Part shown: positions 18,329-25,130 of the stretch, one piece after another
Layout of the letters: each line of letters begins with the position of its first letter
Position numbering within the stretch: position 1 is the first letter of the stretch
Position numbers and translations under genes: made by a program
Notes under the pieces: model-generated
The model's database searches: none
Told to the model about the DNA's origin: nothing
The model's input: the letters and a program-made list of their open reading frames with translations, nothing else
DNA from: Planctopirus limnophila DSM 3776
GTDB taxonomy: Bacteria; Planctomycetota; Planctomycetia; Planctomycetales; Planctomycetaceae
Reading direction: 5' to 3'
Assembly: GCF_000092105.1 (NCBI RefSeq)
Contig: NC_014148.1
Span: 4,140,001-4,172,000 of the forward strand
Length of the DNA: 32,000 nt

Positions 18329-19525
18329 GTGGCCTTTGTGGTGCGACAAGAGCATGTATTGACTGTGTTCGTGGCTTCACCAGGTGACGTCGAGACTGAA
18401 CGCGGAAAGATTGAAGACGCAATTCGTGAATTAAATATTTCTTGGAGCCGTGAACTGGGTGTTCGTCTCGATCTCGTGCGATGGGAAACCCACGCATACC
18501 CAGGATTCGGCGTCGACGCTCAAGATGTAATTAACGAACAAATTCCTGAAGACTACGACCTCTTTGTTGGAATCATGTGGTGTCGATATGGAACCCCCAC
18601 TGGACGTGCGGGATCGGGGACGGTTGAAGAATTCGAGCGTGCTAAAGCCCGTTACGATGCGGACAAAAACTCCGTTCAGCTGATGGTCTACTTCAAAGAT
18701 GAACCTATACCTCCGAGCCAATTGGATCCCGCACAACTTGCGAAAGTCAATAGCTTCCGGAGTTCTCTGGGCAATGAAGGAGGGTTGTATTGGAAGTTTA
18801 CAGACATCGATCATTTTGAAAAACTGATTCGACTGCACCTAACCCGGCAGGTCCAAGCATGGAAATCTCGGCAGACTTCGCAAGACACGTCCATAAACTA
18901 TGGACACTCGCCAAACGAGGCCGACAAACCGTCTGACGAACATGACGACGATGGAATCCTCGACCTGATGGAGGTGTTTCAAGACAAGTTCGCGGAACTT
19001 CTTGAAATAATACAACGAATTACGACGGCAACGGAAGATGTCGGCACGAAAATGACGCAGCGAGCCGCTGAGATGAACTCGCTTCGTAGAGATCCCAAGG
19101 GCAATATAAACACAAGAGAAGCCAAGCGAATTATATCTAAGGCGGCAACGGACATGAACCAATTCACGGCTCGAATCGATGCTGAATTGCCTTTCTACAA
19201 CGATGCCATGAACACTGGAATGAATTCGTTTATCAAAGCCGCAACTATGTCTGTAGATTTGGAAAACGACACAGAGGAGTTACAACAGGGGTTGGATGCA
19301 GTGATATCCTTGCGAAGCAGTCTTGCGACATCAAGACAATCTACAGTTACGTTTCGCGAGTCTATTGCTTCACTGCCACGAATGACGACCACATTTAACA
19401 AGGCAAAACGTGGAGCTGTTGCAGCGATTGATAGGCTATTGGGCGAGTTCACTAATAGCGATCAGTTGTTAGTGGAATCCGAAGAGGTGATTCGAGAATT
19501 GCTCGATGAACCAGACGGCCCATAA
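18329..19525 (+). CDS. DUF4062/TIR-like N-terminal domain protein with a long C-terminal helical domain
   Basis: 398 aa. The N-terminus VFVASPGDVETERGKIEDAIRELN...DYDLFVGIMWCRYGTPTGRAGSGTVEEFERA matches the DUF4062 pattern (vFiSS..D...ER.....cDifvlilg.RYG) by recollection. An acidic linker follows, then ~200 aa predicted all-helical. GTG start at 18329; TTG (MTVFVAS...) is an alternative. Confidence 0.6.
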   Translation: MAFVVRQEHVLTVFVASPGDVETERGKIEDAIRELNISWSRELGVRLDLVRWETHAYPGFGVDAQDVINEQIPEDYDLFVGIMWCRYGTPTGRAGSGTVEEFERAKARYDADKNSVQLMVYFKDEPIPPSQLDPAQLAKVNSFRSSLGNEGGLYWKFTDIDHFEKLIRLHLTRQVQAWKSRQTSQDTSINYGHSPNEADKPSDEHDDDGILDLMEVFQDKFAELLEIIQRITTATEDVGTKMTQRAAEMNSLRRDPKGNINTREAKRIISKAATDMNQFTARIDAELPFYNDAMNTGMNSFIKAATMSVDLENDTEELQQGLDAVISLRSSLATSRQSTVTFRESIASLPRMTTTFNKAKRGAVAAIDRLLGEFTNSDQLLVESEEVIRELLDEPDGP

Positions 19526-19610
19526 CAAGACAATGCACCCGAGTTGCGGATCGGGCGTTACCTGAACTCAAAAGTCTCTTGGCGGCAACCGGGTGATTTT
19601 GGTCGTTATG
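19523..19610 (+). repeat. Junction repeat family T1, copy A (diverged)
   Basis: It starts at the stop codon of the upstream ORF. Hand alignment to copy B gives roughly 70 percent identity with 3 single-nt gaps. It contains the prefix AATGCACCCGAGTTGCGG. Confidence 0.55.
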
Positions 19611-19633
19611 TAGCTGAAGTCGAGGCATCCGGA

Positions 19634-20335
19634 TTGAAACGTCATCTCGCAATCGGCGACATTCATGGCTGCTATGACGCGTTGCGAAAACTCTGCGATT
19701 TCGTCGAGCTTGGACCTGAAGACACGATCATTACTCTTGGGGACTATCCAAATCCCGGCCCCGACACAAATGCCGTTCTGGATTGGCTTATCTATCTCCA
19801 GTCTGCTTACGATATTCGGCCACTGCGCGGCAACCATGACATCATGATGTTGAACGCTCGTGAAGACGATTCCAGCTACCGCAAATGGATTGATGTCGGC
19901 GGTGACAAAACTCTTCAATCGTACGCGCCTTTTGATGGCGACACCGGCTCACTCAGTGACATACCCGAGTCGCACTGGGACTTTCTCGAAAATAACCTGC
20001 TCTCCTACTTTGAAACAGAAACGCACTTTTTTGTTCATGCCAATGCGTACCCGGAGATATCGCTAGCCGATCAACCTGATTTTATGTTGTACTGGGAACC
20101 GTACGATAATCCACCGAAACACGAATCAGGCAAAATCATGGTCTGCGGTCACACGTCTCAGAAGTCTGGGTTACCGATAGCAAATTCAAATGCCGTTTGT
20201 ATTGACACATGGGCCCATGGCGGCGGATGGCTATCTTGTTTGCACGTGGAATCGGGTATGATCTGGCAATCCAATCAACACGGTGAGACACGTCGTCTCT
20301 GGCTGGATGAACTTCGCTGCGATGATGCAGAATAA
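19634..20335 (+). CDS. PPP-family metallophosphoesterase (PrpA/ApaH/lambda-phosphatase-like) with an atypical motif II
   Basis: Track ORF 19544..20335. GDIHGC (motif I), GDYPNPGPD in place of GDxxDRG (motif II), GNHD (motif III), and a later VCGHT. I prefer TTG at 19634 (MKRHLAIGDIHG, with GAGG 8 nt upstream) because 19544-19633 is homologous to the noncoding T1 repeat. Confidence 0.8.
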   Translation: MKRHLAIGDIHGCYDALRKLCDFVELGPEDTIITLGDYPNPGPDTNAVLDWLIYLQSAYDIRPLRGNHDIMMLNAREDDSSYRKWIDVGGDKTLQSYAPFDGDTGSLSDIPESHWDFLENNLLSYFETETHFFVHANAYPEISLADQPDFMLYWEPYDNPPKHESGKIMVCGHTSQKSGLPIANSNAVCIDTWAHGGGWLSCLHVESGMIWQSNQHGETRRLWLDELRCDDAE

Positions 20336-20420
20336 CATAAGAAATGCACGGGAGTTGCGGGTTGCGCGAATCCTGAGATCAATGTCGTTCGCCGCGGCCC
20401 GGTGATCTCGGTCGTTCTGC
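20333..20420 (+). repeat. Junction repeat family T1, copy B
   Basis: Starts at the stop codon TAA. Positions 20357-20405 match 23108-23156 at 47/49, including a 33-nt identical core GCGCGAATCCTGAGATCAATGTCGTTCGCCGCG. Confidence 0.85.
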
Positions 20421-20438
20421 CATCAGGCGAAACACGGA

Positions 20439-20966
20439 ATGACAACATCTGAACCAACTCTAGAAATGGTCGCCTTCTACGAGCGGCGAACCCAGGAGCA
20501 CATCGATCGTGTCCGTCGATGCCTGAATGTGATGGCATCTTTAACCGAATACGCCGCTGAACTCATTGAGCGTGCACGCATTCATGACGCGTCAAAATAC
20601 GGAACCGAAGAACGGATACCGTACATCTGGCTCACCGAATTCCATCGCTGCCGCCGCATTGGCGAACCATTCTCATACCCTGACGGAATGGAAGAACGTG
20701 TTCGATCGGCAATCCATCACCACGTGACGACGAACCGCCATCACCCCGATTTTCATACTGACCCGAACGACATGACCGATGTCGACCTGATCGAAATGGT
20801 CTGCGATTGGACAGCGATGTCGCTGGAGTTCGGGGAAGACAAAGGTAGTGCGCGCGGATGGGCGGACAAGACCATCGGTAATCATTTATACTTAAGCGAG
20901 TCCAAACGCCAGTTCGTCTACGCTATGATCGACCTACTGGACTCCAGCCTCGAATCGGATGCGTAG
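20439..20966 (+). CDS. HD-like helical protein (DUF5662-like)
   Basis: 175 aa. EHIDRV..., IHDASKY, and HHHVTTNRHHPDF resemble the His/Asp pattern of the DUF5662/HD-superfamily. The assignment is by recollection only. Confidence 0.5.
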   Translation: MTTSEPTLEMVAFYERRTQEHIDRVRRCLNVMASLTEYAAELIERARIHDASKYGTEERIPYIWLTEFHRCRRIGEPFSYPDGMEERVRSAIHHHVTTNRHHPDFHTDPNDMTDVDLIEMVCDWTAMSLEFGEDKGSARGWADKTIGNHLYLSESKRQFVYAMIDLLDSSLESDA

Positions 20967-21002
20967 CAGATGCAGAACCATCCAATGCACCCGAGCGTCA
21001 GG

Positions 21003-21197
21003 GTGGCCCCAGTTGAAATTCTGATTTCTACCGGCATGGCAAAGCCACGTAAGGTTTGATTGCCCGTCAGCGACGGCAGTTCGGATTTAGTCTCATTTCA
21101 AGCGACAAACGAGAGTCACTTGCTGGCTGATGCCTTAAACGTCTTCTGCCTGAGGCCCACAGATAGCTCGAAGACGAGCAACCTGTGCCACCCTGCG
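21003..21197 (+). repeat. Junction repeat family T2, copy 1 (195 bp)
   Basis: Aligns without gaps to 21738-21932. I count about 170/195 identical by hand. The ends are imperfectly inverted: GTGGCCCCAG ... CCTGTGCCAC. Confidence 0.85.
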
Positions 21198-21313
21198 ATT
21201 CGAGCGAATTCAGGGAAACAAGGTCTATGGTCGCCACCGGGTTACCTTTATTGTAGGGGAAGGCATGAAAGTCGAAGTTGTTCCTCCCTGTTCCGACTGG
21301 AGGACCTGGCAGG

Positions 21314-21673
21314 ATGGGACCAGAAATGTTGTCACCGATTCAGTCACTCAACCCGCGTACCGCGATCCGACTCGGTGCGGCGTATGGCGATGGAACAGTG
21401 TGGTTCTCGCTCGAAGATTCGGAAGGTCGTATCGCGCATATCTGTATTGACGGACGTGACGGAAGTCAAACACGTTATCGATTGTTCGATGGAGCACGGC
21501 ATCCAAACTCGCCTGATACAGTGCTCATTGAACTGGGGGCACCCGAAGAGGGAGTCATTGTATCATTAGCTTCTACATGGCTCGATTCGGGTACGCCGAA
21601 GGATCTTGGATTGACAGAATTTGGCTGGGATTTGATTTGTGACACGCTTCTTCGGATTGGCGAGTCGCACTGA
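21314..21673 (+). CDS. Hypothetical protein (array cassette 4)
   Basis: Track ORF 21278..21673. ATG at 21314 has GGAGGA about 10 nt upstream. No motif recognised. It is flanked on both sides by T2 copies. Confidence 0.5.
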   Translation: MGPEMLSPIQSLNPRTAIRLGAAYGDGTVWFSLEDSEGRIAHICIDGRDGSQTRYRLFDGARHPNSPDTVLIELGAPEEGVIVSLASTWLDSGTPKDLGLTEFGWDLICDTLLRIGESH

Positions 21674-21737
21674 AGGGCCGAAGAAGTTCCTGAGCCAAAG
21701 TGGCGGAACAGCATGGATTGACACGGAAACTCGCAGT

Positions 21738-21932
21738 GTGGCCCCGGTTGAAACTCTGATTTCTACCGGGGTGGCAAAGACACACAAGGTTTGATTCCCC
21801 GTCAACGAAGGCAGTTCTTATTCAGCCTCATTTCATGCGAGAAACGAGAGTCACTTGCTGGCTGATGCCTTCAACCTCTCCTGCCTGCGGCCCACAGGTA
21901 GCTCGAAGACGAACAACCTGTGCCACTCCGCC
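21738..21932 (+). repeat. Junction repeat family T2, copy 2 (195 bp)
   Basis: See copy 1. Flanked by AACTCGCAGT (21728-21737) and AACTCGCTGG (21935-21944). Confidence 0.85.
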
Positions 21933-22030
21933 GCAACTCGCTGGTAAAATTGAGATTGATAAGTGAAATGGGTCTGGTAGTCTCAGTGAAGTTTCTTTTG
22001 ACAAAGAGAGTTCGTCGATAAGAGAGCAGA

Positions 22031-22435
22031 ATGTTTGGCATTAGCTACCGATGCGATTCCTGCGACTTTACGTTCTGCTCGGGATGGTCGCATCACTCTG
22101 CTGGGCAACATGTGGTGTGCAGCAACTGCGCCGCTCACTTCATTCTTGGCGAAGGCCAATCAGAATGGGGCGCGAAAATTGGTGAGCAACTTCAATTGCT
22201 TACGGTTGATGGCGAACATGATGTGCCAACCGGCGTCTTTATTACAGTGCTGGAAAGGAATTCGGAGAACGCACACCTGCCGGAAAAGTATGGCGTTTCG
22301 CGATTGGCGTTTGATCCTGTTTCGTGTCCCCATTGTGAAAGTCTTGGCTCGCTGAGACAGTGGTTTGACGAGAATGCTTCATGCCCAAAATGCTACTCTG
22401 GGACAATACACCGCCATGGTTCATGTATATACTAA
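22031..22435 (+). CDS. Hypothetical double zinc-ribbon protein
   Basis: 134 aa. N-terminal CDSC...CSNC and C-terminal CPHC...CPKC cysteine pairs. Confidence 0.6.
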   Translation: MFGISYRCDSCDFTFCSGWSHHSAGQHVVCSNCAAHFILGEGQSEWGAKIGEQLQLLTVDGEHDVPTGVFITVLERNSENAHLPEKYGVSRLAFDPVSCPHCESLGSLRQWFDENASCPKCYSGTIHRHGSCIY

Positions 22436-22447
22436 GCGAAGGACCTG

Positions 22448-22497
22448 GCATTGCATTTGACCGAGGGTCGGAGAGTGAACTCAGACGTTCGTAAGGT
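22448..22497 (+). repeat. Possible degenerate T1-like junction element (copy E)
   Basis: CATTGCATTTGACCGAGGGTCGGAGAGTGAACTCAGACGTTCGTAAGG aligns loosely to the T1-A segments AATGCACCCGAGTTGCGGA...CCTGAACTCAAAAGTC. Weak. Confidence 0.3.
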
Positions 22498-22581
22498 CCA
22501 TTTTCCATCCTCAACGTAGTTTCTTTTGATAAACAATGTAAAGCTGCACCACCCGCCGCTGCCCAATCTCATACTAAAACC

Positions 22582-23019
22582 ATGCAAGACTCACGAACCC
22601 TTTCCACCGCACGAGTGCTGCCCTATTCACCGGAGGCGATCTTCTCGGCATTTGCATCGGCGCCGGTGCTGGCATCGTGGTGGGGGCCCGATGGATTTAC
22701 AAACACGTTCGACGCCTTTGACTTCACCGTGGGTGGCAAGTGGATCTTTACCATGCATGGGCCGGATGGTACCAACTACGCCAATACGAGCTACTTCGAG
22801 GCACTTGAGCCGGGCAAACTTGTTGTCATTCGGCATGACTGTCCGCCCTACTTCACACTCACAGTGCGCCTGTCGAAAGTCGATGGAGGCACGAACCTGA
22901 CATGGGATCAAACCTTTGATGACGCAGCGACAGCTCAAGCCGTCAAAGCCAGAGTGGGAACCGCGAACGAAGAGAACCTAAACCGACTCACTCTCGCACT
23001 TGGCCAGGGAACCCAATGA
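22582..23019 (+). CDS. SRPBCC-superfamily protein (AHSA1/START-like)
   Basis: 145 aa. The pattern RVLPYSPEAIFSAFASAPVLASWWGPDGFT...GGKWIFTMHGPDGTNYAN...EPGKLVV is typical of Activator-of-Hsp90-ATPase-homolog-like SRPBCC proteins. Confidence 0.8.
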   Translation: MQDSRTLSTARVLPYSPEAIFSAFASAPVLASWWGPDGFTNTFDAFDFTVGGKWIFTMHGPDGTNYANTSYFEALEPGKLVVIRHDCPPYFTLTVRLSKVDGGTNLTWDQTFDDAATAQAVKARVGTANEENLNRLTLALGQGTQ

Positions 23020-23095
23020 TTTGGAAATTGATCCCTGAAGTGCAATCCCCCGCACCGGCACTACCGATACTATAAACTCAACATAATGAACCGTT

Positions 23096-23172
23096 ACACA
23101 TGGAGCCGCGGGTCGCGCGAATCCTGAGATCAATGTCGTTCGCCGCGCCCCGGTGAACGGTGGGGTTCGAAT
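23096..23172 (+). repeat. Junction repeat family T1, copy D
   Basis: Positions 23108-23156 match 20357-20405 at 47/49. The identical 33-nt core is at 23115-23147. Confidence 0.85.
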
Positions 23173-23181
23173 ACCAATAGC

Positions 23182-23577
23182 ATGAGTATGCCTCAACCGA
23201 TCTTTGTCGCACTTATCGGCTCTACGGCTGAAAGAGTCTATCGCGCCAAGAAGTTTTTTCGTCTCAGCACACCCGGATTAGGGCCGTTCTACTTGGCTTC
23301 ACTGGAAAGTGAGCAATCTGGCAGTATCCAGCCACTCGTTCAACTTCCAAAAAATCAGATTACCATTTGGATCACACTGGATCCTGAATCATTTTTAGCA
23401 GCAAGCCTGCAACATCAAGTTGATTCGCTGAATCCACGATACACCCGTGGATTTTATGACGAACTTTTGCCGGAACCATGTGTCCTCGTCAACATCGATC
23501 AATCCCCAGAAGAATCAAAGGCGCTACTTGCAGATCTTGCCCAGAAAATCACTAGCGCATGGTATGCATCGTCGTGA
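23182..23577 (+). CDS. Hypothetical protein (array cassette 7)
   Basis: 131 aa ORF. No recognised motif. Confidence 0.5.
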   Translation: MSMPQPIFVALIGSTAERVYRAKKFFRLSTPGLGPFYLASLESEQSGSIQPLVQLPKNQITIWITLDPESFLAASLQHQVDSLNPRYTRGFYDELLPEPCVLVNIDQSPEESKALLADLAQKITSAWYASS

Positions 23578-23604
23578 CCCTACCTCTTAACACAAATGAG
23601 ATAT

Positions 23605-23735
23605 GTTTTCCGGTCAACGGCAATTGAGGAACCGGCGGATTTCATGTGATGAACGGTGATCGCTCGCTGTCTGGTCCTGGAAGTTTTTTTCTGCGGCACA
23701 GAGGCCGCTCGCCGATGAACAAGCTGTGCCGTCTT
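23605..23735 (+). repeat. Junction repeat family T2, diverged copy
   Basis: Positions 23610-23649 match 25071-25110 at 39/40 (CCGGTCAACGGCAATTGAGGAACCGGCGGATTTCRTGTGA). The 3-prime part, TTCTGC..CACAGA..GATGAACAAGCTGTGCC, aligns to the T2 segment TTCTGCCTGAGGCCCACAGATAGCTCGAAGACGAGCAACCTGTGCC. Confidence 0.6.
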
Positions 23736-23875
23736 GTGGTATCGTGAGTTGAGTGGGTTTGTCGTAGAAGTGCTGCCCAACAGGCCGCTGCAGCCGAAAA
23801 GCGGCGGGCACGCGCCGGGAGCGGATTCAGCATAGGGTCTCGCTGCTCGCATTTGAGCGGCAAGGCGTAAGGCCC

Positions 23876-24928
23876 ATGGGATTTAACCAAAGGGAGATTC
23901 GTGTGCTATTGAGACGACTCGTATGTTTCACTGTCCTGCCGTGCATGTGGTTATTCACCATCACCAACAGGGCCGTTGCGGCCGAGATTGAGCCCATTCC
24001 TGTCATTCTGGACACGGACATGGGCAACGATATTGATGATGTATTTGCGATGGGTATCCTGCACGCCCTCCACAGTCGCGGCGAATGCAAGATTGTCGCC
24101 ACTACCGTAAGCAAAAACCATCCCCTTTCAGGTCCCTTCTGCGACGTCTTGAATACGTTTTACGGACGAGCAGATATTCCTATCGGGGTGTTGCAAACCG
24201 GCACAACCAGTGGTGACGGCCCCTATCTCGCCCAAGTTATGAAACCACTTGCCAATGGTTCGCCCGCATTCGCACATCGCCTGCAAACGTCGAATGACGC
24301 GCCGAATGCTGTTGCTGTCCTGCGGAGAGGATTGGCAGGCCTACAAGATGCCTCTGCTGTCGTTGTTGCGATTGGCCCTTTGACGAACATTCGCGACCTG
24401 CTCGAATCGCGACCGGATGAACACAGTCCTCTTCATGGCCGGGAACTTGTGGCTGCAAAGGTTCGGTTGCTTGTCGTCATGGCTGGAGACTTCAGCAAGC
24501 CTAAAGCGGAATTCAATATTTTTAGCGATTCAATCGCTGCCGCGAAAGTCTTCAACGACTGGCCTGGCGACGTTGTGGCGTGCCCATTTGAAATGGGTGA
24601 ATGGATGCATTACCCGGAAATGAGCCTGGAAAAGGATTTTCGAGTTCCGGAGCGCCATCCCTTGCTTGTTGCCGACCTGGCAACCTTTGGTGGAAAGCGC
24701 AATGGTTTCATGGCTTGGGATCTCGTGGCTGTCCTGCACGCGGTCCGACCTGATCGCGACTACTTCAATATGTCCAAGCCGGGCAAGATTGATCTGGATT
24801 CGGAAAACGTCACACGCCTGAAGGAAGACAACGAAGGCAAGCATCGATATCTGATCCCTCGAGGCGGGCCCGAGCGTGTGCGTGAAGCAATCACAAGCCT
24901 GGCGAGTCAACCACCCTCAATTCCATGA
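23876..24928 (+). CDS. Secreted nucleoside hydrolase (IUNH family)
   Basis: Signal peptide, then the hallmark VILDTDMGNDIDDVFAM (DTDxGxDxDD). Its length is typical of the inosine-uridine-preferring nucleoside hydrolase family. Confidence 0.8.
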   Translation: MGFNQREIRVLLRRLVCFTVLPCMWLFTITNRAVAAEIEPIPVILDTDMGNDIDDVFAMGILHALHSRGECKIVATTVSKNHPLSGPFCDVLNTFYGRADIPIGVLQTGTTSGDGPYLAQVMKPLANGSPAFAHRLQTSNDAPNAVAVLRRGLAGLQDASAVVVAIGPLTNIRDLLESRPDEHSPLHGRELVAAKVRLLVVMAGDFSKPKAEFNIFSDSIAAAKVFNDWPGDVVACPFEMGEWMHYPEMSLEKDFRVPERHPLLVADLATFGGKRNGFMAWDLVAVLHAVRPDRDYFNMSKPGKIDLDSENVTRLKEDNEGKHRYLIPRGGPERVREAITSLASQPPSIP

Positions 24929-24970
24929 ACTCTTCACAGCAAAAAGATTGGCTCAAAAAGCCACTGAATT

Positions 24971-25130
24971 CGAGCGTCAGACATAGGGTTTTGATATGCA
25001 TGCTTGCAGAGAGGCCCGGATTGACTCTTTGATTTCTATCAGGATGGTGAAGCAACAAGAGGTTTGATTGCCGGTCAACGGCAATTGAGGAACCGGCGGA
25101 TTTCGTGTGACGAGCGGGGATTACTCGCCA
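24971..25130 (+). repeat. Junction repeat family T2, diverged and interrupted copy
   Basis: CGAGCGTCAG prefix as in copy 1, then ~32 nt of unrelated sequence. After that, GGCCCGGATTGACTCTTTGATTTCTATCAGGATGG..AAGAGGTTTGATTGCCGGTCAACGG aligns to the T2 5-prime half. Confidence 0.6.

Noticed and set aside
18050-18330. Integrase or recombinase remnant next to the tRNA
   Set aside because: I hand-translated both strands and found only short ORFs. One example is the 33-codon + strand ORF ending ...FTQPDLGKWRPEDRALVLISMLKNAV. There were no R..HxxR..Y tyrosine-recombinase blocks. Nothing supports a pseudogene call.
21060-21569. 169-aa ORF (and 21265..21450) as a gene
   Set aside because: It starts inside T2 copy 1. 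The same frame in T2 copy 2 has no start codon and ends after the repeat. It also overlaps the better-supported 21314..21673 ORF, which has a GGAGGA RBS.
20999-21935. The T2 repeat pair as template/variable repeats of a diversity-generating retroelement
   Set aside because: The ~25 substitutions between the copies involve all four bases in both directions, not adenine-specific changes. There is no reverse transcriptase in the window, and neither copy lies at the 3-prime end of a target gene.
18239-21965. Identical 14-mer GAGATTGATAAGTG at 18239-18252 and 21952-21965, both upstream of array ORFs
   Set aside because: About one to two identical 14-mers are expected by chance within a 32-kb window, and the flanks do not align. 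It is worth a look only if a genome-wide search shows enrichment.
23162-23175. GGGGTTCGAATACC in T1 copy D as a duplicated tRNA-Ser 3-prime end (att site)
   Set aside because: It shares only a ~10-mer (GGGTTCGAAT) with the tRNA T-arm. Matches of that length are expected many times by chance in 32 kb, and the other T1 copies lack it.
20275-23196. Minus-strand ORFs 20275..20538 and 22978..23196 sharing the peptide ARRTTLISGFA.PA.P
   Set aside because: The shared peptide is just the translated T1 nucleotide core. Both ORFs run antisense into the flanking + strand genes, and similarity ends where the repeat ends.
19523-25130. CRISPR array
   Set aside because: The repeats are 80-195 bp, belong to two families, are separated by 0.4-1.2 kb protein-coding ORFs, and are not regularly spaced. 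No cas genes are present.
19523-25130. Canonical integron with attC sites
   Set aside because: By eye, none of the junction repeats has paired RYYYAAC / GTTRRRY boxes at its ends; the nearest matches, GTTGAAA and GGTCAAC, violate the consensus. No intI is present. I therefore describe the locus only as cassette-like. A covariance-model search is still needed.
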